From the NCBI GenBank assembly GCA_041740355.1, contig JBGSMD010000038.1, forward strand, positions 119,223 through 183,222: a stretch of 64,000 nt of DNA. The letters run 5' to 3'. The number at the start of each line of letters is the position of its first letter. The stretch's first letter is position 1. The DNA is from Bdellovibrionota bacterium (GTDB lineage Bacteria; Bdellovibrionota_C; UBA2361; CALJRW01). Below are positions 1-11,018 of the stretch, one piece after another. A program made the position numbers and the translations under genes. The notes beneath the pieces were generated by a model. That model worked only from the letters and a program-made list of their open reading frames with translations. It ran no database searches and was not told the DNA's origin.

Positions 1-3000
1 AATTTATTTTTTAGCCCAGACCGTTATGACTTGTCAGAAATTGGTCGCTACAAGCTGAATTTCAAACTTTATATTTCCCAAGGGAAAGAGGCTCCAGCTG
101 TTGAGCAGGGAACTCTTCATCAACAAGATATTAAAGAAACTGTTCGTTACTTGTTACATCTTCGTACCGGGGCTGACACTTACAAATTTCAAGTTGATGA
201 TATCGACCACTTAGGTAACCGTCGTGTTCGCGCCGTAGGGGAATTAGTTGAGAATCAGATTTTAGTTGGTCTTGTTCGAATGGAACGTGCGGCTAAAGAA
301 AGAATGAGCATGCAAGATGTTGATACACTTGTTCCTCAGGATCTTGTTAACTATAAATTGATTGCTGCTGTACTAAAAGAATTTTTTGGTTCTTCTCAGC
401 TTTCTCAGTTTATGGATCAAGTTAATCCACTTTCTGAAATCACCCACAAACGTCGTCTATCAGCCTTAGGGCCTGGTGGACTAACAAGAGACCGTGCAGG
501 TTTCGAAGTTCGTGACGTTAACTCCAGTCACTACGGACGAATTTGTCCGATTGAAACACCGGAAGGACCAAACATTGGTTTGATCTCTTCAATGGCAGTT
601 TACTCTCGAGTAAATGATTTTGGATTCTTAGAGTCTCCATATCGTATCGTTGATGATCAAGGACGTGTAACTGAAGACGTAGTTTACCTTTCAGCATTAG
701 AAGAAGAGCGTGAAGTAATTGCTCAAGCTAGTGCTAACATTTTGCCAAATGGTGAATTTGCTGATGATACGACAATCTGTCGTCGCGCTGGTGATTACTT
801 AATGGCGAACAAAGAAGATGTTACTAAAGTCGACGTTAGTCCTCGTCAGATTGTGAGTGTTGCTGCGGCATTAATTCCTTTCTTAGAGAATGATGATGCG
901 AACAGAGCCTTGATGGGATCGAACATGCAACGTCAGGCAGTACCATGTCTTAAATCTATGGCTCCACTTGTTGGAACAGGGATGGAAAGAATTGTTGCGC
1001 GTGACTCAGGTTCTACAATTGTAGCTAAGCGTCCAGGTAAAGTAATTACTGTTGATGCTGAGCGGATTGTAATCAAAGCTGATCGTGCATCTGATGATGC
1101 TTTAGACACAGGGGTAGATATCTACAACTTGTATAAGTATCAGCGTTCTAACCAGGATACATGTATTAACCAAAAGCCGATTGTGCGTGCTGGTGAAAAA
1201 GTAACTCGTGGTGAAGTTATTGCGGACGGACCAAGTACAGACATGGCGGAATTGGCTCTAGGTCAAAACGTTGTCGTAGCTTTCATGCCTTGGAATGGAT
1301 ACAACTTTGAGGACTCAATTTTAATTAACGAAAACTTAGTTAAGAAAGATATCTTTACTTCTATTCACATTGATAGTTACGAGTGTTTAGCTCGTGACAC
1401 GAAGCTTGGAAAAGAAGAAGTAACTCAGGATATTCCAAACATTGGTGAAGATTCATTAAAAAATCTTGACGAATCAGGGATTGTTCGCGTTGGTACGGAA
1501 GTATCTCATGGTGATATCTTAGTTGGTAAAGTAACTCCAAAGAGTGAAACTCAATTAAGCCCAGAAGAAAAACTTTTAAGAGCGATTTTCGGTGAAAAAG
1601 CCGGTGAAGTTCGCGATACAAGTTTGAGATTACCTCCAGGAGCTGGTGGAACAATTATTGGTACGCAAGTATTTTCTCGCAAAGGTATTGAAAAAGACGA
1701 ACGTGCTCTAGCCTTAGAGAAGCAAGAAATTGCCCGTTACGAAATGGATTACCGCGATGAAGTTAACATCATTAAAGATGCTGCTGTTGTAGAAGTTGCT
1801 GCTTTTTATAAAGGCAAAGTAACTACTGTTAAGTTAGTTGATGATAAGCGTAAAGATTTAATCGCCAAAGGCGAAACTTTAACTCCTGAAATGTTGATGG
1901 AAGTTCCTTTTGAATATTTAAGAGATATTCAAGTAGGTGATGACGCACTTCAAGAAAAAGTTAACTCAATTGTTGTTAAAACTGGTCAGCTTATTAATAA
2001 CAAGCGCACAGTTCTACAAGAGAAGATCAAGCGTATTAAAGAAGGTGATGAATTAGCGCCTGGTGTAGTTAAGATGGTTAAAGTCTTTGTTGCCCATAAA
2101 CGCAAAATTCAAATCGGGGATAAGTTAGCTGGTCGTCACGGAAATAAAGGGGTTCTTTCCCAAGTTGTTCCGCAAGAAGACATGCCATACTTGCCTGATG
2201 GAACTCCAGTTGATGTTGTTCTAAATCCACTTGGGGTGCCTTCTCGGATGAACGTTGGTCAGATCCTAGAAGTTCACTTAGGTTTAGCTGCTTGGGAACT
2301 TGGTCGTAAACTTACTGAAGTAATCAGTGTAGTTGTTGATCCAATCACTGGTGCTGAGCGTAAAGGTACAACTTCTGCCGATCGTGAGTCTGTTAACCAA
2401 CAGCTTCATGCCATCTTTAAAGTTGCTTATGGTGCTGAGCTTTACAATGAAGAGATTGCCAAACTTGGTGACCAAGCCTTAATTGAACTTGCTCGTAAAG
2501 AACAAACAGGAATTCACTTTGCAACTCCAGTATTTGATGCTGCTAAAGAAGAAAGCATTCGCTCACTTCTTAGATTCAGCGGACATGAAGAGTCAGGTAA
2601 GTGTACCTTGTTTGATGGACGAACCGGTGAAGCCTTCGCGGAGAAAGTTACAGTTGGTGTGATGTACATCCTAAAACTAGATCACTTAGTTGAAGATAAG
2701 ATGCATGCTCGTTCAATTGGACCTTACTCACTTGTTACGCAACAGCCGCTAGGTGGTAAAGCACAATTTGGTGGACAGCGTCTTGGGGAGATGGAAGTTT
2801 GGGCCTTAGAAGCATATGGAGCAGCTTATTCACTACAAGAATTCTTAACAGTCAAATCAGATGATGTTGCTGGAAGAACTAGAATGTATGAGTCCATTGT
2901 TAAAGGTGAACATACTCTTGAACCAGGCTTACCGGAATCATTTAATGTAATGATTAAAGAGCTTCAATCTTTAAGCTTAAACATTGAACTGTTAGAAGGT

Positions 3001-3078
3001 AACCAAGGACAAACTGCAGTTGTTGCAGATCAAGAAACTGATGACCTGATTGAAAATGTTACTGGCGCAGTTGCCTAA
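1..3078 (+). CDS. rpoB: RNA polymerase beta subunit (5' truncated by window edge)
   Basis: Frame open from base 1. Motifs [38 protein letters not shown] and [13 protein letters not shown]. Confidence 0.99.
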   Translation, partial: NLFFSPDRYDLSEIGRYKLNFKLYISQGKEAPAVEQGTLHQQDIKETVRYLLHLRTGADTYKFQVDDIDHLGNRRVRAVGELVENQILVGLVRMERAAKERMSMQDVDTLVPQDLVNYKLIAAVLKEFFGSSQLSQFMDQVNPLSEITHKRRLSALGPGGLTRDRAGFEVRDVNSSHYGRICPIETPEGPNIGLISSMAVYSRVNDFGFLESPYRIVDDQGRVTEDVVYLSALEEEREVIAQASANILPNGEFADDTTICRRAGDYLMANKEDVTKVDVSPRQIVSVAAALIPFLENDDANRALMGSNMQRQAVPCLKSMAPLVGTGMERIVARDSGSTIVAKRPGKVITVDAERIVIKADRASDDALDTGVDIYNLYKYQRSNQDTCINQKPIVRAGEKVTRGEVIADGPSTDMAELALGQNVVVAFMPWNGYNFEDSILINENLVKKDIFTSIHIDSYECLARDTKLGKEEVTQDIPNIGEDSLKNLDESGIVRVGTEVSHGDILVGKVTPKSETQLSPEEKLLRAIFGEKAGEVRDTSLRLPPGAGGTIIGTQVFSRKGIEKDERALALEKQEIARYEMDYRDEVNIIKDAAVVEVAAFYKGKVTTVKLVDDKRKDLIAKGETLTPEMLMEVPFEYLRDIQVGDDALQEKVNSIVVKTGQLINNKRTVLQEKIKRIKEGDELAPGVVKMVKVFVAHKRKIQIGDKLAGRHGNKGVLSQVVPQEDMPYLPDGTPVDVVLNPLGVPSRMNVGQILEVHLGLAAWELGRKLTEVISVVVDPITGAERKGTTSADRESVNQQLHAIFKVAYGAELYNEEIAKLGDQALIELARKEQTGIHFATPVFDAAKEESIRSLLRFSGHEESGKCTLFDGRTGEAFAEKVTVGVMYILKLDHLVEDKMHARSIGPYSLVTQQPLGGKAQFGGQRLGEMEVWALEAYGAAYSLQEFLTVKSDDVAGRTRMYESIVKGEHTLEPGLPESFNVMIKELQSLSLNIELLEGNQGQTAVVADQETDDLIENVTGAVA

Positions 3079-3084
3079 ATGCCC

Positions 3085-3121
3085 TAAGCGTCACTAGGCT
3101 TTTAAAGCTTAGTGACGCTTA
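3085..3121 (+). other. Intergenic stem-loop between rpoB and rpoC
   Basis: taagcgtcactaggcttt / aaagcttagtgacgctta near-perfect inverted repeat with no U-tract. Confidence 0.7.
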
Positions 3122-3151
3122 TTAGAAAAGTTATACGAAATAATAAAAACT

Positions 3152-6100
3152 ATGAGCGATATATTTAGCCTTTTTAATAAACCGAAAAGCCCAGTTGACT
3201 ACAGTGCTGTAAAAATCTCATTGGCTGGTCCAGAGATGATTCGCTCTTGGTCTAGTGGTGAAGTAACAAAGCCTGAAACTATCAACTACCGTACATTAAA
3301 ACCGGAACGTGATGGTTTGTTTTGTGCGAAAACTTTTGGTCCAGTTAAGGATTATGAGTGTGTTTGTGGTAAGTACAAAAGACTGCGTCACCGTGGTGTT
3401 GTTTGTGAAAAATGTGGTGTGGAAGTTATTGAATCTAAAGTTCGTCGTGAGCGTTTAGGTCACATTGAACTTGCCTGCCCAGTTGCTCATATTTGGTTCT
3501 TAAAAAGCTTACCAAGTCGTATCGGTACAATCCTAGACATTACTCTACGAGATCTAGAGAAAGTACTTTACTTCGAAGCTTACATTGTTACTGAAGATGG
3601 TGACTCTGATTTTGAAATTGGTCAGATTCTTACTGAAAAAGAATTCCGTGATGCTCAAAAAGAAATGGCTAATGGAACCGGGGAAGAATTTAAAGCCGGA
3701 ATGGGTGCAGAATCAATCGAAGTCCTATTAAAGCAATTAAATCTTCAAGAAATGTACGATACCCTTCGTGCCGAAATTAAAGATGTTACATCTGTAGCTA
3801 AGAAGAAGAAATTTGCTAAACGATTAAAAGTTGTCAGCGCTTTCTTAGAATCTGGAAACACACCACAGTCAATGGTACTGAAAGTATTACCAGTTATTCC
3901 ACCAGATCTTCGTCCTTTAGTTCCACTTGATGGTGGACGATTCGCGACAAGCGATCTGAATGATTTATACCGTCGTGTAATTAACCGTAACAACCGTTTA
4001 AAAAGATTAATTACGCTTCAAGCTCCGGACATTATCGTTCGTAACGAAAAGCGTATGTTACAAGAGTCAGTTGATGCACTTCTTGATAATGGTCGTCGTG
4101 GTAGAACTGTAACTGGTCCTAACAAACGCCCACTTAAATCTTTAAGTGATATTCTTAAAGGTAAGACTGGACGTTTCCGTCAGAACTTACTTGGTAAGCG
4201 TGTTGATTATTCAGGTCGTTCAGTAATTGTAGCTGGTCCTGAACTAAGATTACATCAGTGTGGATTACCAAAGCAGATGGCTTTGGAATTATTCCGTCCG
4301 TTTATTTATAACAAACTAGAAACTAAAGGTTACGTTGCTACAATTAAAAGCGCCAAGAAAATGGTGGAGCAAGGTAAAGAAGTAGTTTGGGATATTCTTG
4401 ATGAAGTTATTAAAGAGCACCCAGTGTTACTTAACCGTGCACCAACTCTTCACCGACTTGGACTTCAAGCATTCGAACCAATCCTAGTTGAAGGTAAAGC
4501 TATTCGCTTACACCCACTTGTTTGTTTCGCATTTAATGCTGACTTTGACGGAGATCAGATGGCTGTTCACGTTCCTTTGTCTGTGGAAGCTCAAGTAGAA
4601 GCACGAGTGCTCATGATGGCAACTAATAACATTCTTAGTCCGCAAAGTGGTAAGCCAGTTATTCCACCATCTCAAGATATTGTACTTGGACTTTATTACA
4701 TGTCTCGTATCCGCCCTTTCGCTAAAGGTTCTGGACGAACATTTGCTAATCCAGGTGAGCTTTGGTTCGCTTGGCAGTCAGGTGAAGTTAATGTTCAGGC
4801 AGGTGTGAAATGTAGAATTAACGGAAAGATTGAAGAAACTTCAGTTGGACGAGTTCTTTTCTATTACATGGTACCAGATACATTACCTTTCAAATTCTTT
4901 AACAGAGATTTGAAGAAAAAAGATCTTACTCAAATGCTTGATGAAGCCTACAGAACAGCTGGTAACAAAGCTACTGTAATCTTTGCTGACCGCATGAAAG
5001 ACATTGGATATCGTTTTGCAACTCTTGCTGGTATTTCGATCGGAATTGACGACATGACAATTCCAGAAAGCAAGCAAAGAATTCTTGCTGATGCTGATGC
5101 TAAAGTAATGGAAATTGATAATCAGTACCAAGAAGGTTTGATTACAATGGGAGAGCGTTATAACAAAGTCATCGATATTTGGTCAGACGTAGGGGATAAT
5201 ATTGCTGAAGATATGCTTCAGGGTATTTCTACTGCTGAATTTAAAAATGAAGAGACTGGTGAAATCGTTCGTGGGTCCTCTTTCAATCCCATTTATGTAA
5301 TGGCTGACTCAGGAGCCAGGGGTTCTAACCAACAGATTCGTCAGTTGGCTGGGATGCGTGGTTTGATGGCTAAGCCAGATGGATCGATTATTGAACAACC
5401 GATTAAATCTAACTTCCGTGAAGGATTAACAGTACAACAGTACTTCGTTTCTACTCACGGAGCTCGTAAAGGTTTGGCCGATACTGCTCTTAAAACAGCT
5501 AACTCTGGTTACTTAACTAGACGTTTAGTTCTTGTTGCACAGGATTGTATTATCACTGGTGAAGATTGCGGAACATCTCAAGGGATTCCTCAAACTGCTT
5601 TAATCGAAGGTGGTGAAGAGATTGAATCGTTGACTAACCGAATCTTAGGACGTGTTGCTGCTGAGGACATTTACGATTCAGTTACTAATGAAGTAATCGT
5701 TAAACAAGCTACTGAGTTAGATGAAGTTGCCTGTGATGCTATCATCTCTGCTGGAATTGACAGTGTGATGATTCGTTCAGTTCTAACTTGCGAATCAAAA
5801 CGTGGAGTTTGTATTAAGTGTTATGGTCGTGACTTAGGTCGTGGACACATGGTTAATATTGGTGAGCCAGTAGGGGTTATTGCTGCTCAATCAATTGGTG
5901 AGCCGGGAACACAGTTAACAATGCGTACTTTCCACGTCGGGGGTGCGGCATCTGGTCGTTCAGAGCAATCAACTTTAGAAGCTCGCTTTTCAGGTAAGGT
6001 TAAGTTTGAAGAATTAAAATCTGTAGAAAAGAAAAACGGTGCCATTGTTGTAATGAACCGTAAAGCAGAATTCGTAGTTCTTGATGCTCAAGATGGGCGT

Positions 6101-7291
6101 GAAAGAGAACGCCGTAAATTAGTTTATGGTTCTGTTCTTAAAGTTAAAAATGGTGATGATGTGACTGCCGGTCAGCTTGTAGCTGAGTGGGATCCGTTTA
6201 CTATTCCATTATTAACTGACGTTGCCGGACGTATCGAGTGGCAAGATATCAGTGAGCTTACAATGGAAGAGCGTACTGATGAAAGAACTGGATTCGCCGA
6301 AAGAGAGATCATTCAAGCTAAAGATAAAACTTCTGATTTGAAACCACGGCTTTTAATTCACACTGCTACAGGCGAAGTAAGAACATACAACTTACCAGTT
6401 GGTATTCGTTTAACTGTTGAGCATAATGTGGAAATTGATGCCGGGGATGTTATCGCTAAGCGGGAGAGAGCATCCACTAAGACTAAAGATATTACCGGGG
6501 GTCTACCTCGCGTAGTTGAATTATTTGAAGCTCGTAAACCAAAAGATCCAGCCTTCGTTGCTGATGTTGATGGTACGATTGAGTTCGGAGAAGATTTACG
6601 TGGTAAGCGACGTCTTTATATTCGCCCAGAATATGGTGATATCGTAGAATACTTAATTCCTAAGAATAAGCATATCTCTGTGGAACAAGGTGACTTGGTT
6701 CGTTCAGGTGATACAATTACAGATGGAGATGAGAATCCACATGATATCTTAAGAATTAAAGGTGTTTCTGCTCTTGCTGAATACTTAGTAAATGAAGTTC
6801 AGCAGATTTATCGCCTACAAGGTGTACGAATCGATGATAAACACATTGAAGTAATCGTTCGTCAGATGTTAAGAAAAGTTCTAATCACTGATATGGGTGA
6901 TTCAAACTTCTTAATTGAAGATAACGTGGAAAGAATTCGTGTTCTGGAAGAGAATCAGCGTTTAATTGCTGCTGGTAAATCACCAGTTAAATTTGAATAC
7001 CAATTACTTGGTATTACAAAATCAGCCCTAAATACTGAGTCGTTCATTACTGCTGCAAGTTTTCAAGAAACTACTAAAGTGTTAACTCAAGCGTCAATCG
7101 CTGGTAAAGTTGACCACTTGATGGGATTAAAAGAAAACGTAGTAATGGGTAAATTGATTCCGGCTGGAACAGGAATTAAAGCTTATAAAAGCAAAGAAGT
7201 TTTTGTTGAAGGACAAGAACAAGAACCCGTTGCTGAAGTTAAGCCAAGAATTACTCAAACTTCAATCGAGTCTTTAGCGGCTTTATTATAA
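3152..7291 (+). CDS. rpoC: RNA polymerase beta' subunit
   Basis: [12 protein letters not shown] catalytic motif, N-terminal Zn finger and [13 protein letters not shown]. Confidence 0.99.
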   Translation: MSDIFSLFNKPKSPVDYSAVKISLAGPEMIRSWSSGEVTKPETINYRTLKPERDGLFCAKTFGPVKDYECVCGKYKRLRHRGVVCEKCGVEVIESKVRRERLGHIELACPVAHIWFLKSLPSRIGTILDITLRDLEKVLYFEAYIVTEDGDSDFEIGQILTEKEFRDAQKEMANGTGEEFKAGMGAESIEVLLKQLNLQEMYDTLRAEIKDVTSVAKKKKFAKRLKVVSAFLESGNTPQSMVLKVLPVIPPDLRPLVPLDGGRFATSDLNDLYRRVINRNNRLKRLITLQAPDIIVRNEKRMLQESVDALLDNGRRGRTVTGPNKRPLKSLSDILKGKTGRFRQNLLGKRVDYSGRSVIVAGPELRLHQCGLPKQMALELFRPFIYNKLETKGYVATIKSAKKMVEQGKEVVWDILDEVIKEHPVLLNRAPTLHRLGLQAFEPILVEGKAIRLHPLVCFAFNADFDGDQMAVHVPLSVEAQVEARVLMMATNNILSPQSGKPVIPPSQDIVLGLYYMSRIRPFAKGSGRTFANPGELWFAWQSGEVNVQAGVKCRINGKIEETSVGRVLFYYMVPDTLPFKFFNRDLKKKDLTQMLDEAYRTAGNKATVIFADRMKDIGYRFATLAGISIGIDDMTIPESKQRILADADAKVMEIDNQYQEGLITMGERYNKVIDIWSDVGDNIAEDMLQGISTAEFKNEETGEIVRGSSFNPIYVMADSGARGSNQQIRQLAGMRGLMAKPDGSIIEQPIKSNFREGLTVQQYFVSTHGARKGLADTALKTANSGYLTRRLVLVAQDCIITGEDCGTSQGIPQTALIEGGEEIESLTNRILGRVAAEDIYDSVTNEVIVKQATELDEVACDAIISAGIDSVMIRSVLTCESKRGVCIKCYGRDLGRGHMVNIGEPVGVIAAQSIGEPGTQLTMRTFHVGGAASGRSEQSTLEARFSGKVKFEELKSVEKKNGAIVVMNRKAEFVVLDAQDGRERERRKLVYGSVLKVKNGDDVTAGQLVAEWDPFTIPLLTDVAGRIEWQDISELTMEERTDERTGFAEREIIQAKDKTSDLKPRLLIHTATGEVRTYNLPVGIRLTVEHNVEIDAGDVIAKRERASTKTKDITGGLPRVVELFEARKPKDPAFVADVDGTIEFGEDLRGKRRLYIRPEYGDIVEYLIPKNKHISVEQGDLVRSGDTITDGDENPHDILRIKGVSALAEYLVNEVQQIYRLQGVRIDDKHIEVIVRQMLRKVLITDMGDSNFLIEDNVERIRVLEENQRLIAAGKSPVKFEYQLLGITKSALNTESFITAASFQETTKVLTQASIAGKVDHLMGLKENVVMGKLIPAGTGIKAYKSKEVFVEGQEQEPVAEVKPRITQTSIESLAALL

Positions 7292-7317
7292 GTAGCTAAA
7301 AAAACTCATTGTTCATG

Positions 7318-7360
7318 AAAAGCCAGTTTGGATTTATCTCCAAGCTGGCTTTTTTGTTTT
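7318..7360 (+). terminator. Intrinsic terminator after rpoC
   Basis: aaaagccagtttgga...tccaagctggctttttt hairpin followed by a U-tract. Confidence 0.9.
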
Positions 7361-7442
7361 CTCTGTAATTTTGCCATTTTATAAAGTAAAGCCTAGTTAG
7401 TTTTAGTATATTCAAATGATTTTGATGAGGTTAAAATGATAC

Positions 7443-8231
7443 ATGGTTAAATCTTCTTTCTGGGCATTACTAGCTAGTTTACTACTCTGGTCTTTATCCC
7501 TGTACTTTACTAAGCAATTGCCTGCGCCCAGTGAAATAATTAGAAATCTAAAAACTAATCCGAAACAATATTCAACCACGGAGCCAGGTTTTGATTTTTC
7601 TTATGCTGGTGAGAATTATAATGTGGATCCAATTGCTGATTATGAACTTTATGGATTAGTAGTTAGTCATAATAACATTGGTGGTTTTACGGATGCTTAT
7701 CACACTAGCAAATCTGTTGATTTAAAAGATGCCTGTGTTGTCTGGGGATCTAATTTGATGTCTGATGTTTATCAAAGAGTTAAATTTACTAGTGGAGCTT
7801 GGACTTGTTATTTTAACTTTGATAATAGCCAGGATGCTGGTGATTTTGAGTTAAGCCAAATTTCTAACAATCACTTACTTTCCGCTGATCCGACAATTCA
7901 AAAGCACATACGAAACTTAAACATTGGAGATCAGATTCACTTGCGAGGCTATTTGGTTAATTATGCGAATTCTAAAACTCCAAACCAATTAAGACGATCC
8001 AGTACCAACCGAACAGACACTGGAGATGGAGCTTGCGAAGTTTTCTACCTAGATCATTTAAAAGTTTTAAAGGCCGGAAATCCTTTATGGAATACCATTA
8101 GGACTATTACCTATTATGCTAATTATATTTTCGGGTTCCTCTTCTTGGTAACCTTTATTTATTTTGAGCAGTCGCGATTTCAGCGGCGGAAGCAACCAGC
8201 AAATACTAAAGTCAGATTTAGTCAGTACTAG
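7443..8231 (+). CDS. Hypothetical membrane-anchored protein
   Basis: 262-aa ORF with N- and C-terminal hydrophobic segments and conserved-looking motifs SNNHL and RTDTGDGACE. Confidence 0.8.
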   Translation: MVKSSFWALLASLLLWSLSLYFTKQLPAPSEIIRNLKTNPKQYSTTEPGFDFSYAGENYNVDPIADYELYGLVVSHNNIGGFTDAYHTSKSVDLKDACVVWGSNLMSDVYQRVKFTSGAWTCYFNFDNSQDAGDFELSQISNNHLLSADPTIQKHIRNLNIGDQIHLRGYLVNYANSKTPNQLRRSSTNRTDTGDGACEVFYLDHLKVLKAGNPLWNTIRTITYYANYIFGFLFLVTFIYFEQSRFQRRKQPANTKVRFSQY

Positions 8232-8305
8232 TTCTCCCCTTTTGGGACGCAGAAGATAATCTAGTTATTAGTGGTAATGCTGGGCGTCCCAAAAGGGGAG
8301 AACTA
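8229..8305. repeat. 22-bp perfect inverted repeat with 33-bp spacer (MITE/REPIN-like)
   Basis: tagttctccccttttgggacgc (8229-8250) / gcgtcccaaaaggggagaacta (8284-8305). Confidence 0.8.
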
Positions 8306-8370
8306 ATTTTCTATTTATACCGCGCTTAGCCTGTTCCTTATTTACTTTAAATTTTAGATTATTTAAGATA

Positions 8371-8471
8371 ATATAGTTGTGACAAAAAGTAATTTCTGAA
8401 TGATTAAAAGTTACTTTTGAGGTTTTTGTCATAACTATATGATTTTATTTTCCCTCTGGGGGATAGTAAGC
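8371..8471 (+). repeat. Dispersed 101-bp palindrome-containing element, copy A (upstream of glnA)
   Basis: Aligns without gaps to the reverse complement of 55151-55251. Has 18-bp inverted arms at 8371-8388 and 8423-8440. Confidence 0.8.
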
Positions 8472-8473
8472 TT

Positions 8474-8506
8474 CAAAAAGTGATTCCCTACGGAAATCAC
8501 TTTTTG
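8474..8506 (+). promoter_or_regulatory. Terminator-like hairpin in the glnA leader
   Basis: caaaaagtgatt...aatcactttttg, about 40 nt before the glnA ATG. Confidence 0.5.
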
Positions 8507-8548
8507 GACTTACTATATTATTAATTTTAACTTAAGGCAGGATTTTTT

Positions 8549-9985
8549 ATGACAATGCTGAAGAATTTTTTAGAGCTTCCTTACGACGAATTAGAAAAAA
8601 GGAATCTTGAAGCTAAGGCTAAACAATTAGCTAAAGTTAGCTATGACGAACTTCAAGACGAGTATCTTAAAATCTTAGCTGAAGAAACTTCTTTAAAGGC
8701 AGTAACTGTATGTTTCACTGACTTAGAAGGTAAATTTCATATGTTAGATTATGATAAAAAGTTTTTATTGAAATCATACGACAATTTAACTTTTGACGGC
8801 TCTTCCGTACGTGGTTTCTCTGTTGTTAGAGAATCAGATCTACGTTTGCAAATAGATTGGGGATCTTTTCGTTGGTTACCGTCTGATGTTTTTGGCGGTG
8901 GTAAGGTAATTGTTTTTGCTTTAATTAAGTCAATTGATGGACAGCCTTATATTTCTGATATGCGCCACCAATTAGCCTTATACTTAGAAGAATTGCATAA
9001 GAAGAATAAATATCTGGTGAATGTTTCTGTCGAGTGTGAAGGTTTCTTATTTGAAGGAATTAATGCCGAGCAAAATTTCTCCTCTCGTGAAGGTTTTAAA
9101 TTCGCATCTAGTGGGGGGTATTACCAGTCCTTGCCTAAGGACCCATTAAAGATGTTTATTGATCAGTTGGCCGAAGCACAACGTGCTATGGGCTTTGAAA
9201 ATGAGAAAGATCATCCTGAGGTTGCTCCGGCACAGTTTGAGCTAAACTATACTTACACTGATGCCTTGTTAGCAGCTGACCAAGTCCAATTGTATAAATT
9301 AGTCGCTCGTCAGGTCGCTAATAACATGGGATTCACCGCGTCATTCTTGCCAAAACCAATTGCAGGTATCAACGGTTCTGGAATGCACACTAATCTTTCG
9401 ATCAGTAAGGCTGGAAAAAACATCTTCTTTTCTAAGGATGGGGAAGACAAGCTTTCAACGGAAGCTTGGGATTTCATTGATCGGATTTTAAATAATGCTG
9501 ATGATCTTTGTTTAGTGCTTAATCCAAGTGTTAATGCTTACAGACGTTTGGATCCACATTTTGAAGCTCCAAACCAAATTAAGTCTTCTGCCATTGACCG
9601 AACTTCAATGGTCAGAATTCCACTTGGAAATGAGAAGTCATCTCGAATGGAAGTACGAACGGTTGCTCCAGATGCTAATCCATATTTAGCGTTTTTCACG
9701 ATCATTAAAGCTGGTTTAGAAGGTCCAATGAAAGAAGCAATTTCAGCAGAAGGTCGTCGTACAAGAACAAGATTCTTGCCGGACAACATTTACGATGCAA
9801 TTCGTTTGTTTAAGACTAGTTCATTCATGGCGGAAATTCTTGGCGAAGAAACTAAAGCTAAATACGTAGAGCGTAAGCAGGAAGCTGCCGATCGTTGTCC
9901 AAAAGCACTAGGAACTTTGGTAAAAACTGAAGAAGTTCTTTTTCACCACGAAGTTACTAATCAGTATCTTTGGGGTCGATTCTAA
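8549..9985 (+). CDS. glnA: Glutamine synthetase type I
   Basis: FDGSS, HPEVAPAQFE, PKPIAGINGSGMHTN, NAYRRL and EVRTVAPDANPY motifs. Confidence 0.95.
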   Translation: MTMLKNFLELPYDELEKRNLEAKAKQLAKVSYDELQDEYLKILAEETSLKAVTVCFTDLEGKFHMLDYDKKFLLKSYDNLTFDGSSVRGFSVVRESDLRLQIDWGSFRWLPSDVFGGGKVIVFALIKSIDGQPYISDMRHQLALYLEELHKKNKYLVNVSVECEGFLFEGINAEQNFSSREGFKFASSGGYYQSLPKDPLKMFIDQLAEAQRAMGFENEKDHPEVAPAQFELNYTYTDALLAADQVQLYKLVARQVANNMGFTASFLPKPIAGINGSGMHTNLSISKAGKNIFFSKDGEDKLSTEAWDFIDRILNNADDLCLVLNPSVNAYRRLDPHFEAPNQIKSSAIDRTSMVRIPLGNEKSSRMEVRTVAPDANPYLAFFTIIKAGLEGPMKEAISAEGRRTRTRFLPDNIYDAIRLFKTSSFMAEILGEETKAKYVERKQEAADRCPKALGTLVKTEEVLFHHEVTNQYLWGRF

Positions 9986-10009
9986 AGATAATTTAATAGT
10001 TAATAAGAG

Positions 10010-10050
10010 GGCCTAAAGTGAAATTTATATTTTCACTTTAGGCTTTTTTT
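10010..10050 (+). terminator. Intrinsic terminator after glnA
   Basis: ggcctaaagtgaaa...tttcactttaggct followed by a T-run. Confidence 0.9.
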
Positions 10051-10190
10051 GTAGCGCCACTTTTAAGTTTGTTAATGTTGGCTAATAAAAAACTATTATT
10101 GAAGCAAAAAAACTGATATAAAACCCAGATAGTGTTGCCAGAATAAATAAATTAGCTGAGTAAGTTTTCAATTATTAAACAATTAATTTT

Positions 10191-11009
10191 ATGCTTACAA
10201 AAATAATAATTTTCTTACTTCTGTTTCCAATTATTGCCAGCGGAGATCGCTCAGAGCATTTAGAGTATGATATTCAACACCAGAAAGGCTACTCTGTAAT
10301 TCAAGACTTCTCTAACAACATTCTAAGTAATTTTAAATGTGAAGTTTCTTTGGAAGAAGAAATCAATCAGGTGATTGTGGGGGCTGTTACTACTTTCGGT
10401 TCTGAATTCTCAGAAACAGCATCGCGCCTAGCTGAAGTTATGGAACAAATAAAAACATTAGCAGTTAGTAATAATGTTTCAGTTAACGCTTTTGAAATCA
10501 TACGTGGCTATGGTAATCAAAGTTCTGATAAAAACCTTTTAGGCCCGATTGTAATTTCCCAGCCGTTAGAATTAACCTTACCTAAAAATCTAGCTAATTT
10601 GGATATTTTCTTAGATCAATTACGTAATGTCGGATTAACAAAATTTGGATTGGTCAAAAATTTGGATCAATTAAACTCTTTAAGTAATAGAACTTCTCAG
10701 GTTGTACTTAGAAAGGTGAGTATATCGAAAGATTATATATCTGATACGATCATGAATTGTCTAAAAGAGACAATTAAAGAGAAATGCCAAGATATTACTT
10801 TTAGTGAAAGTGAGATTTGCCTCGACCCTCCAGCCGGAATGAAGCAATTGATTCCCAAGCTTAATAATTTGCGCTTAAATATTCACCCGATGCCGATCGA
10901 GGGAGGGACTAATTTTAGCTTTTCGTTTAATGAGCTAGATACAACAGAGCCACGTGCCTACTACTTTTCATCTAATGAAAAAGCTTATTTAAGATATAAT
11001 ATCTATTAA
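10191..11009 (+). CDS. Hypothetical exported protein
   Basis: 272-aa ORF with a signal-peptide-like N-terminus. No family recognised. Confidence 0.7.
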   Translation: MLTKIIIFLLLFPIIASGDRSEHLEYDIQHQKGYSVIQDFSNNILSNFKCEVSLEEEINQVIVGAVTTFGSEFSETASRLAEVMEQIKTLAVSNNVSVNAFEIIRGYGNQSSDKNLLGPIVISQPLELTLPKNLANLDIFLDQLRNVGLTKFGLVKNLDQLNSLSNRTSQVVLRKVSISKDYISDTIMNCLKETIKEKCQDITFSESEICLDPPAGMKQLIPKLNNLRLNIHPMPIEGGTNFSFSFNELDTTEPRAYYFSSNEKAYLRYNIY

Positions 11010-11018
11010 TTGCACTAA

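Noticed and set aside
385-480. Rifampicin-resistance substitutions in RpoB cluster I
   Set aside because: [31 protein letters not shown] has the wild-type key residues.
8371-8440. Integron attC interpretation of the shared palindrome
   Set aside because: GTT precedes AAC, the reverse of the attC RYYYAAC...GTTRRRY arrangement. There is no integrase or cassette array.
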